The notes: generated by a model not told the origin, from the sequence alone. Positions 1 to 8,997 are shown, numbered from the stretch's first letter. The stretch: DNA of 64,000 nucleotides from Candidatus Micrarchaeota archaeon (GCA_016188965.1 JACPGT010000005.1:65989-129988); one strand, 5' to 3'. Numbers and translations are program-made.

Positions 1-1
1 G

Positions 2-925
2 GACGGCACGCGTGTCAACGCCACCATCCCGCCCATTTCGCTCGACGGCACCACCATCACGCTGCGCAAGTTCAAGAAAGACCCGCTCTCCGTCATCGAC
101 CTGGTGCAGTACAACACCATCTCATACGAAGCCGCGGCTTTTCTCTGGCTGTCCGCCGACGGCATGGGCGCGTTTCCGGCCAACGTGCTAGTCGCCGGCG
201 GCACGGCTTCGGGAAAAACGACGTCCCTCAACATGCTGACCGGATTCGTCCCCAACAATGAACGCATCGTCACCATCGAAGACACGGCCGAATTGAACCT
301 GCCGCTGGAACACTGGATCCGCATGGAAGTGCGCCCCCGCAGCATCGAAGGCAGCGGCGAAGTCAGCATGGACGACTTGGTCAAGAACAGCCTCCGCATG
401 CGGCCGGACCGCATCATCGTGGGCGAAGTCCGTGGCGCCGAAGGGCACACCATGTTCGCCGCCATGAACACGGGCCACCGCGGCGTCATGGGCACGGTGC
501 ACGCCAACTCGGCCAAAGAGACGCTGGTCCGCCTCACGTCGCCGCCCATCGACGTGCCCTTGAGCATGATTTCGTCGCTCAACCTCATCGTCATGCAGAA
601 CCGCATCCACGACCGCCGCAAAGGCGCCATCCGCCGCATCACCGAAATCGCCGAACTGGTGCCGTCGGAAGAACTGCGCATGCCCACCCTGCAGGTCCTC
701 TACCAATGGGACCCCATCGCCGACACGTTGCAATCCACCGGCATCCCGTCATTCTACCTCCAATTGCTTTCCCGCTACACGGGGCAGAACATGGACGATC
801 TGAACAAGGAAATTCAGGCCCGCGCCGACGTCCTCAAGAAGCTGGCCGACCAGTCCAAACGGCACATCAACGACGTGTGCGGCGTGACCCAGAGGTACCT
901 GGCGTCCCGCCGCCTCAAGGTGTAA
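2..925 (+). CDS. Type IV pilus / Tad-like assembly ATPase (CpaF/TadA/ArlI superfamily), 5' end outside window
   Basis: The frame is open from the window edge (DGTRVNATIPPISLDGTTITLRKF precedes the GTG listed at 104). Walker A GGTASGKTT, RPDRIIVGEVRG and GHRGVMGTVHANS motifs. Followed by two TadB/C-like genes and three pilin genes. Confidence 0.85.
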   Translation, partial: DGTRVNATIPPISLDGTTITLRKFKKDPLSVIDLVQYNTISYEAAAFLWLSADGMGAFPANVLVAGGTASGKTTSLNMLTGFVPNNERIVTIEDTAELNLPLEHWIRMEVRPRSIEGSGEVSMDDLVKNSLRMRPDRIIVGEVRGAEGHTMFAAMNTGHRGVMGTVHANSAKETLVRLTSPPIDVPLSMISSLNLIVMQNRIHDRRKGAIRRITEIAELVPSEELRMPTLQVLYQWDPIADTLQSTGIPSFYLQLLSRYTGQNMDDLNKEIQARADVLKKLADQSKRHINDVCGVTQRYLASRRLKV

Positions 926-928
926 ACC

Positions 929-2011
929 ATGGCCGTCAACCGGGAAACGTTGCAACGCATCAAAGCCGCCATCGAGCTGGAGCGCGAAGACGAAAGCGAC
1001 GCCACGCTAGGCGGAAGCCTCGTCGAAACCGACCTGCAAAAAGTCATCGAACGGTTCAAGCCAGCCGAAACGAAAGCCGCCGACATCGCGGTCAAAAAGC
1101 CGTTGAACTTTGAAAAAGTCGCCTTTCCGGCACGTGGAATGCTAGGCGGCCTCGGTTCGGTCTACACCCGCCTCTCCGGCCTCATGCTCAAACTATCCAA
1201 GCTCTTCGCCCGCCTGCCCATGAGCGCCACCTTGGCGGCCAGTCTCACCGCGGCCGGCATGACCGTCGCGCCCGAGACGTACCTGGCCGCGTCCGTGACC
1301 GCAGGATTTCTCGTCGCAGCGCTGATTCTCGCACTGGTCAGCATCATCAGTTTGGCCATCAACGACCCCCTGCTCGCACTGGCCGCTCCCGTGTTGAGCA
1401 TATCGGCGTTCTTTGCCGTGCTGATCGTGGCCATGAGCATGCCGGCCATGAAAGCCGCGTCGCGAGCCGCCGACGTCGACCGGACGCTGCCCTTCGCCCT
1501 GCGCCAGCTGTCCACGCAAGTCAAAGCCGGCGTGTCGTTCCACCGCGCCATGCAGTCCATCGCCACGTCCAACTACGGCCTCTTAAGCGAGGAGTTCACC
1601 CGCGTCGTATCCGACGTCAACCGCGGCGACACCATGGAAAACGCGCTTCTGAAACTGGCGAGGCGCAACCGCTCCAAAGGCCTGCGGCGAACCGTGACGC
1701 AGGTGCTGCGGTCGTTCAAGACCGGCGGCAACCTTTCCCGGATCATCACCGACATCGCCGAAGACGTCTCGTTCGAAGTCCGCATGAGCATCCGCGACTT
1801 CACCGAGAAACTCAACTTCATCAACGTCATCTACATCATGGTCGGCGTCGTCGCCCCCGTCACATTGGCCATTCTTTCGGCCATCCTCCAGATCCCCTTG
1901 TTTTCCGGCGGCATCCCGCCCAGCCTGATCTATCTTGCATTCGTCGGGATCCTCGGCGTCATGGTCGCCATACTTTGGATCACCAAACGCATGGAGCCTG
2001 CCGCATGGTAA
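929..2011 (+). CDS. TadB/TadC-like pilus platform membrane protein (T2SS-F domain)
   Basis: Starts 3 nt after the ATPase stop. Has the LPFALRQLSTQVKAGVSFHRAMQSIA motif typical of GspF/TadB/FlaJ-type domains, flanked by hydrophobic helices. Confidence 0.75.
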   Translation: MAVNRETLQRIKAAIELEREDESDATLGGSLVETDLQKVIERFKPAETKAADIAVKKPLNFEKVAFPARGMLGGLGSVYTRLSGLMLKLSKLFARLPMSATLAASLTAAGMTVAPETYLAASVTAGFLVAALILALVSIISLAINDPLLALAAPVLSISAFFAVLIVAMSMPAMKAASRAADVDRTLPFALRQLSTQVKAGVSFHRAMQSIATSNYGLLSEEFTRVVSDVNRGDTMENALLKLARRNRSKGLRRTVTQVLRSFKTGGNLSRIITDIAEDVSFEVRMSIRDFTEKLNFINVIYIMVGVVAPVTLAILSAILQIPLFSGGIPPSLIYLAFVGILGVMVAILWITKRMEPAAW

Positions 2012-2916
2012 CCCTCGAAGAACAATGGAAGAGCCTCAAGAACTACTACAAAGCCACCGGATTCGACCTTCCTTTCGAACACTTCTGCGTGGCCATGTTC
2101 GGAGCGGCCCTGCTGATCGCAGGCACCTTGTTGGCGCTGCATTTGAGCGTGGCCATCGCCGCCGTCGCCTTCCTCACGGCCGTCAGCATGATCATCGCCA
2201 TCCCCCTGTCGGTCCGCAACAACCGCATCGCGGCCATCGAGACAAACCTGCCCGACGCGCTCAAACACATGGCCTTGGTCCTCAAAGCCGGCGGCACGAC
2301 CGAGACGGCCGTCGAGGAAGTGGCCAACGCCGACTACGGACCCATCAGCTCCGAACTGAAAAAATCGCTCGCCCAGATGCGGGAAGGCAAGAGCTTCGAC
2401 GCCGTTCTGAACGAAGCGGCCGCCAACTCCGGCTCCTTGCTGTTCACCCGCACCGTCAACATCGTGCTCGACGCGAAAAAAGCCGGCGCGGGCCTGGCGG
2501 ACATCATGTTCAGCATCGCCGAGGACGCCCGCGACGTGCTGCACATCAAGCGCGAACGCAAGTCCCGCACCACCATGCACGTGTTGTTCCTCTTCGTCTC
2601 CGGCGTGGTACTGGCACCGTTCATCTTCGGCTTCTCCGTCAGCATCGTGCACTACATCAACACCGGCATCTCCTCCGCGCTTCCCAACACGGCGTCGGCC
2701 AACAACTCGCTATGCACGCTGAACCTGGTGCTGACGCTGTTCATCATCGCACAGACGCTCATCGCGGCGTTGGCCATCGGCCTCATCCGCGAAGGCAAGT
2801 TCACCAAGTACCTGCTGTACGCTCCGTTCCTCGTCCTGGGTGCCCTTATTATATTCGAAGTGGGTAAGTTTGCCAGCACGGCCATCGTCGGCGGCAACAT
2901 CATCGCGTGCGGATGA
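2005..2916 (+). CDS. Second TadB/TadC-like platform membrane protein
   Basis: The ATG at 2005 overlaps the upstream stop (ATGGTAA). LPDALKHMALVLKAGGTTETAVEEVA motif plus several TM helices. The ORF-track start at 1975 lies further inside the upstream gene, so I prefer 2005. Confidence 0.75.
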   Translation: MVTLEEQWKSLKNYYKATGFDLPFEHFCVAMFGAALLIAGTLLALHLSVAIAAVAFLTAVSMIIAIPLSVRNNRIAAIETNLPDALKHMALVLKAGGTTETAVEEVANADYGPISSELKKSLAQMREGKSFDAVLNEAAANSGSLLFTRTVNIVLDAKKAGAGLADIMFSIAEDARDVLHIKRERKSRTTMHVLFLFVSGVVLAPFIFGFSVSIVHYINTGISSALPNTASANNSLCTLNLVLTLFIIAQTLIAALAIGLIREGKFTKYLLYAPFLVLGALIIFEVGKFASTAIVGGNIIACG

Positions 2917-3119
2917 AAGAAGGAAAACGGACCCGGAAGAAAAAAAACAAAGGCGGAAAAGTCGTGGAAAGGAAAACGGAAACTGGAAAAAAAGCACGAA
3001 ATTCGGCAAAAGGACGCCGCGCCCAGACCGCCATCGAATACGTCATGATGATCAGTGCCACGGTCGTATTCATCACCCTCACCGCATTCTTCATCAAAAC
3101 GAGGGTCATCGCGCCATGA
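2913..3119 (+). CDS. Flp-like / class III signal peptide mini-pilin with long basic leader
   Basis: ATGA overlap with the upstream stop. Contains KGRRAQTAIEYVMMISATVVFITL, i.e. the Q-x-A-I-E-Y prepilin motif followed by a single hydrophobic helix. The roughly 35-aa K/R-rich leader is encoded by a polypurine tract. Confidence 0.6.
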   Translation: MKEGKRTRKKKNKGGKVVERKTETGKKARNSAKGRRAQTAIEYVMMISATVVFITLTAFFIKTRVIAP

Positions 3120-3343
3120 ACGAAAAACGCGGACAAAATACCTTCGAATACATCCTCATCCTCACGGCCGCCATCATGCTGGTGGCCTTGACGACGTACT
3201 TCCTGATGAACGGAATCTTCGCGCCCCAGAGCGAGAAGTTGGATAACCAGAGCGCGCAAATCAAAGACTTCAAGAAACAACTCCAAGACCAAGGCGGAAG
3301 CGGCGCGCCGGGCGCCTCCGTCAGCCCGCAGCCGCCCCCATGA
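3116..3343 (+). CDS. Class III signal peptide pilin
   Basis: ATGA overlap with the previous pilin. MNEKRGQNTFEYILILTAAIMLVALTTYF is a short basic leader, a GQ-x-x-FEY motif and a hydrophobic helix. Confidence 0.65.
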   Translation: MNEKRGQNTFEYILILTAAIMLVALTTYFLMNGIFAPQSEKLDNQSAQIKDFKKQLQDQGGSGAPGASVSPQPPP

Positions 3344-3432
3344 CCTGCCGCGGAAAGGCCGCCCAAAGCTTTTAAAACCGGCCTCCGTTAGCTTTTCATC
3401 CTAATCATAGGAACACAGGAGGGAAAAACTTC

Positions 3433-3756
3433 ATGAAACGCGGTCAAGGAACTTTTGAATACGTCCTGCTGCTGGGCGGCGTGCTGCTCATCGTCGTGCT
3501 GGCCATCGTCGTGCTCCAGAACACGGCACAACAGAGTTTCCAAGGCACCGGGCAACAACAGTGTAGTGCCCGCCTGCTGACGGAACTGACGTGCCAGAAC
3601 AGCAACCCCAGCGACGCCAACCGCTGGAACGAATGCTCCCAGGTCAACGCCACGACGTACCCCTGCGCACCCGTGGTTGGCCCCGTCGCCCCATGCGCCG
3701 GAGTGGCTCCCGCAACCGGCATGGCGTACTGCGGTACCAAGCCCTTGAGCGGCTAA
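3433..3756 (+). CDS. Class III signal peptide pilin (Cys-containing globular part)
   Basis: MKRGQGTFEYVLLLGGVLLIVVLAIVVL. GGAGG lies 9-13 nt upstream, a TTTTAAAA box at about 3369, and a T-rich terminator region follows after 3760. Confidence 0.75.
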   Translation: MKRGQGTFEYVLLLGGVLLIVVLAIVVLQNTAQQSFQGTGQQQCSARLLTELTCQNSNPSDANRWNECSQVNATTYPCAPVVGPVAPCAGVAPATGMAYCGTKPLSG

Positions 3757-3868
3757 GGAACAACCCTTAGCCCCATTTTTTTCTTTTTCTTCCCTTTTCT
3801 TTTCCGATTTTTTTCTTTACCCAGCGTCAAGCCTACGTGGGAAAAACGTAACGGGAAGAAGCCAAGGC

Positions 3869-5392
3869 TTAGAACGGCACGACGATTCCTTTTTGCTTCA
3901 ACGCGTCCCGGAACTCACCCATGATTGCATCCAGGCCGGACTGCGTCTTGGACTCGAAACGCAGCGAAATCTTGGCTTCCGAATTCGACGCGCGCACCAG
4001 TCCCCAGCCATCGGAAAACAAGACTTTCGCGCCGTCAAGCTGAAGCACCTCGTGTCGGGCCTTGAAACCGTCGGCGAGCTGCCGGACTACGTCGAACTTG
4101 CGCTCGTCCGGTACGTCCAGGCGATACTCGCGCGACGAGACGTATTTCGGCAATGAGGCGACTTGGTTGGACAGCGCGCCGGATTCGCGGATGATTTCCA
4201 GCACCTGGCGCGCCGCGTACAGCGACTCGGACAGCCACGGCTGCGCGCCGTCCAGGAAGAAAAAGTGCCCGGACATCTCGCCGGCCAACCTGGCGTCCTT
4301 CGAAAAGAGCACGTCTTCGATGAGCGTGCGGCCCGTGGGCGACCACACCGCGGTTCCGCCCAACGCCTTGATTTCATCTTCCACGGCCTGCGAGCACTTG
4401 ATTTCCACGATGACGCGCTCGGACGGATTGCGTGCAAGGAAGCGTCGGGAAAAAAGGACGAGCAGTTGGTCCGGCGCCACGATGCGGCCTTTTTCGTCCA
4501 CGGCACCCACGCGGTCACCGTCGCCGTCGAACATCAGACCCACGTGCGCCCGATGCGTCAGGACCGCGGCTGACAAGTCCGTATAGTTGTCCGGGTCCGC
4601 TGGGTCCGGCAAATGCACGGCAAACGGCTTGGACGCGTCGCAGTGCAGTTCGATCACGTCAACGCCCAAGGAGCGGAACAAAACGGGAGCGAAGAGCGAC
4701 GAGACGCCGTTGCCGCAGTCCAGCACAACCCGGATGCCGGATAAATCCGGCGCGCCTTGACGCAAAGCATCCAGGTATACGGCGCGGATGTCGCGCGATT
4801 CAAGAGTGCCAGCGCCGGAGGAAAAACGGTCCTGGATGGCCAGATCGCGCACGCGCCGCACATGCTCGCCGCCGGCGCTCTTGCCGTCGTACGTGAACTT
4901 GACGCCGTTGTACTTCGGCGGGTTGTGCGACGCCGTGATGGCCGCCCCGCCGGTGGTCTTGAGGAAAGAATTGGCAAAGTAGATTTCCGGAGTGGTGCAC
5001 ACGCCGATGTCCGTCACGTCGCAACCCACGGCCTGCAGGCCTCGGATGAATGCGTCGGCATAGGCCGGGGAAGACGGGCGGTTGTCGCGTCCCACCACGC
5101 AGGAAGATTTCGAGCCGGAGCGTTCCTGAAGGTATGAACCGAAGGCCTGGCCAATGCGAAAATATACGGAGTCGTCCAGGTCCTGGCCCACGTAGCCGCG
5201 CACGTCGTACTCGCGGAAGATGCCCGGCGGAACCGCAGGGGGGAGCGACCCCCCTTCAGTTTCACGGTTATCACAAATCCGGATGGATTTGTGTGAGCCA
5301 CACAATTTCCCGCTGGAAATTGTGCTGTCCTCCGGATTCCCCCCCAACGAGCGCGGTGAATTGGATTGTGGATTTACTCGAATTTCAGGCAT
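3869..5392 (-). CDS. Phosphoglucomutase/phosphomannomutase-family phosphohexomutase
   Basis: Active-site TASHNPPKYNGVKF, Mg site FDGDGDRVG, and a conserved N-terminus beginning at GIFREYDVRG. The first ~55 codons overlap hairpin repeats, so the true start is uncertain. Confidence 0.85.
   Translation of the reverse strand: MPEIRVNPQSNSPRSLGGNPEDSTISSGKLCGSHKSIRICDNRETEGGSLPPAVPPGIFREYDVRGYVGQDLDDSVYFRIGQAFGSYLQERSGSKSSCVVGRDNRPSSPAYADAFIRGLQAVGCDVTDIGVCTTPEIYFANSFLKTTGGAAITASHNPPKYNGVKFTYDGKSAGGEHVRRVRDLAIQDRFSSGAGTLESRDIRAVYLDALRQGAPDLSGIRVVLDCGNGVSSLFAPVLFRSLGVDVIELHCDASKPFAVHLPDPADPDNYTDLSAAVLTHRAHVGLMFDGDGDRVGAVDEKGRIVAPDQLLVLFSRRFLARNPSERVIVEIKCSQAVEDEIKALGGTAVWSPTGRTLIEDVLFSKDARLAGEMSGHFFFLDGAQPWLSESLYAARQVLEIIRESGALSNQVASLPKYVSSREYRLDVPDERKFDVVRQLADGFKARHEVLQLDGAKVLFSDGWGLVRASNSEAKISLRFESKTQSGLDAIMGEFRDALKQKGIVVPF
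5237..5328 (-). repeat. Partial hairpin repeat (three hairpins related to the inner modules of copy C)
   Basis: CACAAATCC-GGAT-GGATTTGTG and CCACACAATTTCC-CGCT-GGAAATTGTGCTGT parallel CACATAAGTTC-AACG-GAACTTGTG and CCACACAAATTGC-CGAA-GCAATTTGTGCTGT of copy C. A GGGGGG-AGCGA-CCCCCC hairpin is also present. Confidence 0.65.
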
Positions 5393-6528
5393 CCGCGAAC
5401 CACTGCATCAGAGCTCAATGAAGCATGCGGCCAAATCTTGGACCCGGCCAATACGCGCGCACCGCCTTCCAAGCGTACGCCTTCACCCAGCATGCACTGC
5501 TTTTCCACGCGGCCGTTCTCGCCCAACTGCACGCCCTGGTCCAAAATGGAGTCCTCGACCCACGCCTTGACGCCGACTTGCACGCCGTCGTACAGGATGC
5601 TGCGGATGACCGTGGCGCCGGCGTCCACCCGGACGCCCGGTCCAAGGACGGAAAAAGGTCCTACGGTCGCACCGGCGGCGACCTGGCAACCGGAACCGAG
5701 GATGACCGGCGGCACCAGCCTGGCCGCAGGGTCGACCGTCGCGGACGGGTCGACTACGGTGCCAATCTGGCGGTGCTCCATCACGCGCATGTGCGTGTCC
5801 AAGTAGCTTTCGACGGAATTGGTGTCGCCCCACACGCCGGAAAAAGCGAAGCCGTACAAAGGCAGGTTTTGGTAGAAATGGTGCCATAAGTCGCCGATGC
5901 GGTCGGCCTTGCCGGCCTTGTCTTTGGCCCACTGCACGAATTCCGGCAGGCTCTTGCGCAGGAACGACTCGCTAAGGATGTAAACGGCAGTGGACGCCTG
6001 GCGCGAAAGCGCCTCCTTCACGGAGGGTTTTTCCTGGAACGCCACGATTCGGCCTTCCGTGTCCGTCTTGGTCACGCCGTACTGTTCGACCAGCCGCGGG
6101 TTTGCCAATTCGTACAATGCCAAGGTAGCGGCGGCTTGCTTTTGGCGGTGGTACGTCAACATACGGTCCAAATCAAGGCCGTAGACCGTGTTGTCGCCGC
6201 CGATGACGAAGCTCTCCTCGGGCCCCAATTCCTGGACCAGCTGGTACAACGCGCCCACGGCGCCAGGCTTGTCCAAGTCGCTTTCCGAGTGTTCGTAATG
6301 GTACTCCATGTCCACGCCGAACTCCGAGCCGTCGCCGAATGCCTCCTCGATGGATTCCTGGTTCTTGTTGAGCGACACGACGACCTTGCTGACGTTGGCC
6401 GACTCCACCATGTGCAGCAAGTGGGCCAGCACGGGCTCGCCGGCGACGCTGACTTGCGCCTTGGGAATACGCAGGGTCAATGGTTGCAACCGGGAGCCGT
6501 AGCCGCCGGCCAAGATAATCGCACGCAT
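5374..6528 (-). CDS. Sugar-1-phosphate nucleotidyltransferase with C-terminal left-handed beta-helix
   Basis: MRAIILAGGYGSRLQPLTLRIPKAQV is the NTP-transferase G-rich loop. The C-terminal half has hexapeptide-like repeats. Confidence 0.85.
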   Translation of the reverse strand: MRAIILAGGYGSRLQPLTLRIPKAQVSVAGEPVLAHLLHMVESANVSKVVVSLNKNQESIEEAFGDGSEFGVDMEYHYEHSESDLDKPGAVGALYQLVQELGPEESFVIGGDNTVYGLDLDRMLTYHRQKQAAATLALYELANPRLVEQYGVTKTDTEGRIVAFQEKPSVKEALSRQASTAVYILSESFLRKSLPEFVQWAKDKAGKADRIGDLWHHFYQNLPLYGFAFSGVWGDTNSVESYLDTHMRVMEHRQIGTVVDPSATVDPAARLVPPVILGSGCQVAAGATVGPFSVLGPGVRVDAGATVIRSILYDGVQVGVKAWVEDSILDQGVQLGENGRVEKQCMLGEGVRLEGGARVLAGSKIWPHASLSSDAVVRGCLKFE

Positions 6529-6762
6529 GAAAAATCACGATTCACGATTTCCATAAGGGGATTCGAATCCGGCTGCCCAAAAGCGGCAAAGCGGCCATTA
6601 AGGCCCATTGCCGCATCAAAGCATCCGGAAAGGAATTGGGCCGAAAATCGCATAAAAACGTTTGGAACCGGTACGGAAAGGTTCAACAACATCGCTTGGA
6701 ATTGGACAGGATCGAGAGCAAAACCCAGCATTTAAATATGTAACTACTTAAAAGTTATAACC

Positions 6763-7848
6763 ATGGCAGATGATCATGGTCACGGCGGAAGCCACGACGC
6801 CGGACACGGCGGTTCTCACGGACACGGAGGCCATGCCAAAGGCGGAAGCCATGGCGGCGTGGGCCGGCGCGAACCGCTCATCTTCATGCTCCTATTGGGC
6901 GGCATGCTTCTGATTCCCGTCGCCTTGCTGTTCGTATTCAAACTGCCGCTGGCCCTGGCCGTCAGCATCGTCCTGGTCCTGTTGGCCGCCGCGGTGCTCG
7001 CGCCGCGAATCCAGGAAGTCAAGGAGTACGAACGCGGCGTGCAATTCGACTTCGGCCGCTACAAAAAGACCTTGACGCCGGGATGGTATTGGATCCTGCC
7101 GCTGTTCCAGAAAGTCGAACTGGTCGACATGCGCACCCAGACCATCGACATCCCGCCGCAGGAAGTCATCACCAAAGAAGACATCGCTATTACCATCGAC
7201 GCCATCGCGTACTACCGCATCGTAGATCCCAAGAAGGCCATCGTGGAAGTCAAGGACGTCCGCGGACCGCTGGAACACGTCCTGCACGGCGAAATCACCA
7301 CCCAAATCGGCAAGATTCCGCTCCAGGACGTACTGGAAAAACTCGACGAAATCAACCAGCACCTGCACCACCAACTCCAACTGGTCGAACAGGACTGGGG
7401 CATCCATGTGTCCAACGTCGAAATCACGCACGTCAAGCTGCCCTCCGAACTGGAAGCGGCGTTCCGCAAGAAGCAGGAAGCACTCGAATACAAGGAAAAG
7501 CTCGAAACCGAAAGCCGCGCCAGAAGCGTCGCCCTGCGCATCCTCACCGAAGCGACCGAAGCCATGGGCGAGCGGACGATGACCTACCTCTACATGGAGA
7601 CGCTCAAGCGCGTCGCCGACGGCCGCGCCTCCAAAATCATCCTCCCCATGGAACTGACCCAGTTGGCCCACGCCTTAAGCGCGCAGGTCAAAGCCCAAGG
7701 CGGGCAGGTGGATGAAGAAAAACTCGCCGCGAGCCTGGTCGGCGCATACCTGAAAACCCAAAAACAGGCCGCCACGACGACCAAGACCACCCGCGTCCAA
7801 GTCGACGCCGAAACGGAAAAACCCGGCCGCGCACCCCAAGCCGGCTAA
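6763..7848 (+). CDS. SPFH/band-7 (stomatin/prohibitin-like) membrane protein with His/Gly-rich N-terminus
   Basis: A TM helix is followed by PLFQKVELVDMRTQTIDIPPQEVITKEDIAITIDAIAYYRIVDP. The N-terminus is MADDHGHGGSHDAGHGGSHGHGGHAKGGSHGG. An ATTTAAAT box lies about 27 nt upstream. Confidence 0.85.
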   Translation: MADDHGHGGSHDAGHGGSHGHGGHAKGGSHGGVGRREPLIFMLLLGGMLLIPVALLFVFKLPLALAVSIVLVLLAAAVLAPRIQEVKEYERGVQFDFGRYKKTLTPGWYWILPLFQKVELVDMRTQTIDIPPQEVITKEDIAITIDAIAYYRIVDPKKAIVEVKDVRGPLEHVLHGEITTQIGKIPLQDVLEKLDEINQHLHHQLQLVEQDWGIHVSNVEITHVKLPSELEAAFRKKQEALEYKEKLETESRARSVALRILTEATEAMGERTMTYLYMETLKRVADGRASKIILPMELTQLAHALSAQVKAQGGQVDEEKLAASLVGAYLKTQKQAATTTKTTRVQVDAETEKPGRAPQAG

Positions 7849-7926
7849 GCGGGCAAGCCTGCGGGCCGAAGCTGCCAGCCCGGAAATAGAACGTTTTTAT
7901 AGGGCCGCGGACCCAAGACTAAACTT

Positions 7927-8310
7927 ATGGAACCGATTTCCAAGACCCCTAAAGAGGCGTATGTCGAAGGACGCCTGGTGGGACTCAACGAACTGGTCAG
8001 CCTACTGAAAGACGCGTTGGACGAACAAGGCGACCACCGCGACGGCATCACGAAGAGCATCGTGCAGCATATCTACAGCGAGACCAACTCCATCCTGGAC
8101 GACGTCCACGGCCAACACCCCGTCGCCGTCGCCAACGTCCTGCAGAAACAACAGGACACGCTGGAAACCACCAGCAAAAAGGCCTTGAGCACCATGGAAA
8201 GAAAGACGCCGGAGGAAGCCGCGCCGCAAGTCCGAAAAAGCGTCGACGCCGCCGACGAACTCATGAAGAAACTCATGGCGCTCCGCGAACAGGAAGCCGC
8301 CGCCAAATAA
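7927..8310 (+). CDS. Hypothetical helical protein
   Basis: The ORF has plausible composition and a TTTTTATAG box about 30 nt upstream. No family recognised. Confidence 0.4.
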   Translation: MEPISKTPKEAYVEGRLVGLNELVSLLKDALDEQGDHRDGITKSIVQHIYSETNSILDDVHGQHPVAVANVLQKQQDTLETTSKKALSTMERKTPEEAAPQVRKSVDAADELMKKLMALREQEAAAK

Positions 8311-8382
8311 CCCGAAAACCCCAGAAACGCGGCAGACGTATTAGCGCCGCCCCGATATTGCGTTGACAAAAGACGACGAGAA

Positions 8383-8997
8383 GTGACACCGCCCATGAAT
8401 GAACCTAATTTCGCCACCCCCGGCCAACAACTGGCCGTCGTAGAAGAATTCGAACCGGCCAACGGCTGCTTCGAAGAAGACGGCAAAGTCTTCGCCGCCG
8501 TCATGGGCAACGCCAAAACGGAAGCCCACCAGGCATCGGTGAGCAACCCCAAAGCCATCGACCACCTCCAGCGCGGCGACCTGGTCGTCGCCGTGGTCCG
8601 CGACGTGTACGATTCCATCGCCCTGCTGGAATTCCAACCCCTCAAACCCCGCGCCGCTTTCAGCACGTACAGCTACATCCGCATCGCCAACGTGCAACGC
8701 GGCTACACCGAATCGTTCCGCGACGTCTTCCGCATCGGCGACTTCGTCAAGGCGAAAATCCAAGAAGTGAAGCCCTTGGGCATCTACCTGACCATGGCCG
8801 AACCCGGCCTCGGCGTCATCCGCGCATTCTGCGCATCTTGCCGCAAGGAAATCCAGCCCAACGATTCAGGCATCGACATCCAATGCCGCAGCTGCGGCCG
8901 CCGCCAAAACCGCAAACTGGCCAACGCCACGAACGCCCCCCGGCCGCCGCGCCGCGACTTTAGCCGCGACCGCCGCCCGCCCCGCTCCAACAGGTGA
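8383..8997 (+). CDS. csl4: Exosome RNA-binding subunit Csl4-like (S1 domain plus zinc ribbon)
   Basis: PGQQLAVVEEFEP N-terminal motif, an S1-like core (GDLVVAVVRDV...GDFVKAKIQEV) and a C-terminal CASC...CRSC zinc ribbon. An alternative ATG start exists at 8395. Confidence 0.6.
   Translation: MTPPMNEPNFATPGQQLAVVEEFEPANGCFEEDGKVFAAVMGNAKTEAHQASVSNPKAIDHLQRGDLVVAVVRDVYDSIALLEFQPLKPRAAFSTYSYIRIANVQRGYTESFRDVFRIGDFVKAKIQEVKPLGIYLTMAEPGLGVIRAFCASCRKEIQPNDSGIDIQCRSCGRRQNRKLANATNAPRPPRRDFSRDRRPPRSNR

Noticed and set aside
2840-3115. 92-codon extension upstream of the second pilin
   Set aside because: It overlaps the end of the TadC-like gene and the whole first pilin in another frame. The class III signal peptide starts at the ATG at 3116.
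6555-6580. T-arm-like GGGGATTCGAATCC suggesting a tRNA
   Set aside because: Only a short palindrome (GGATTCGAATCC) is present. The flanks provide no acceptor stem, D-arm or anticodon arm.
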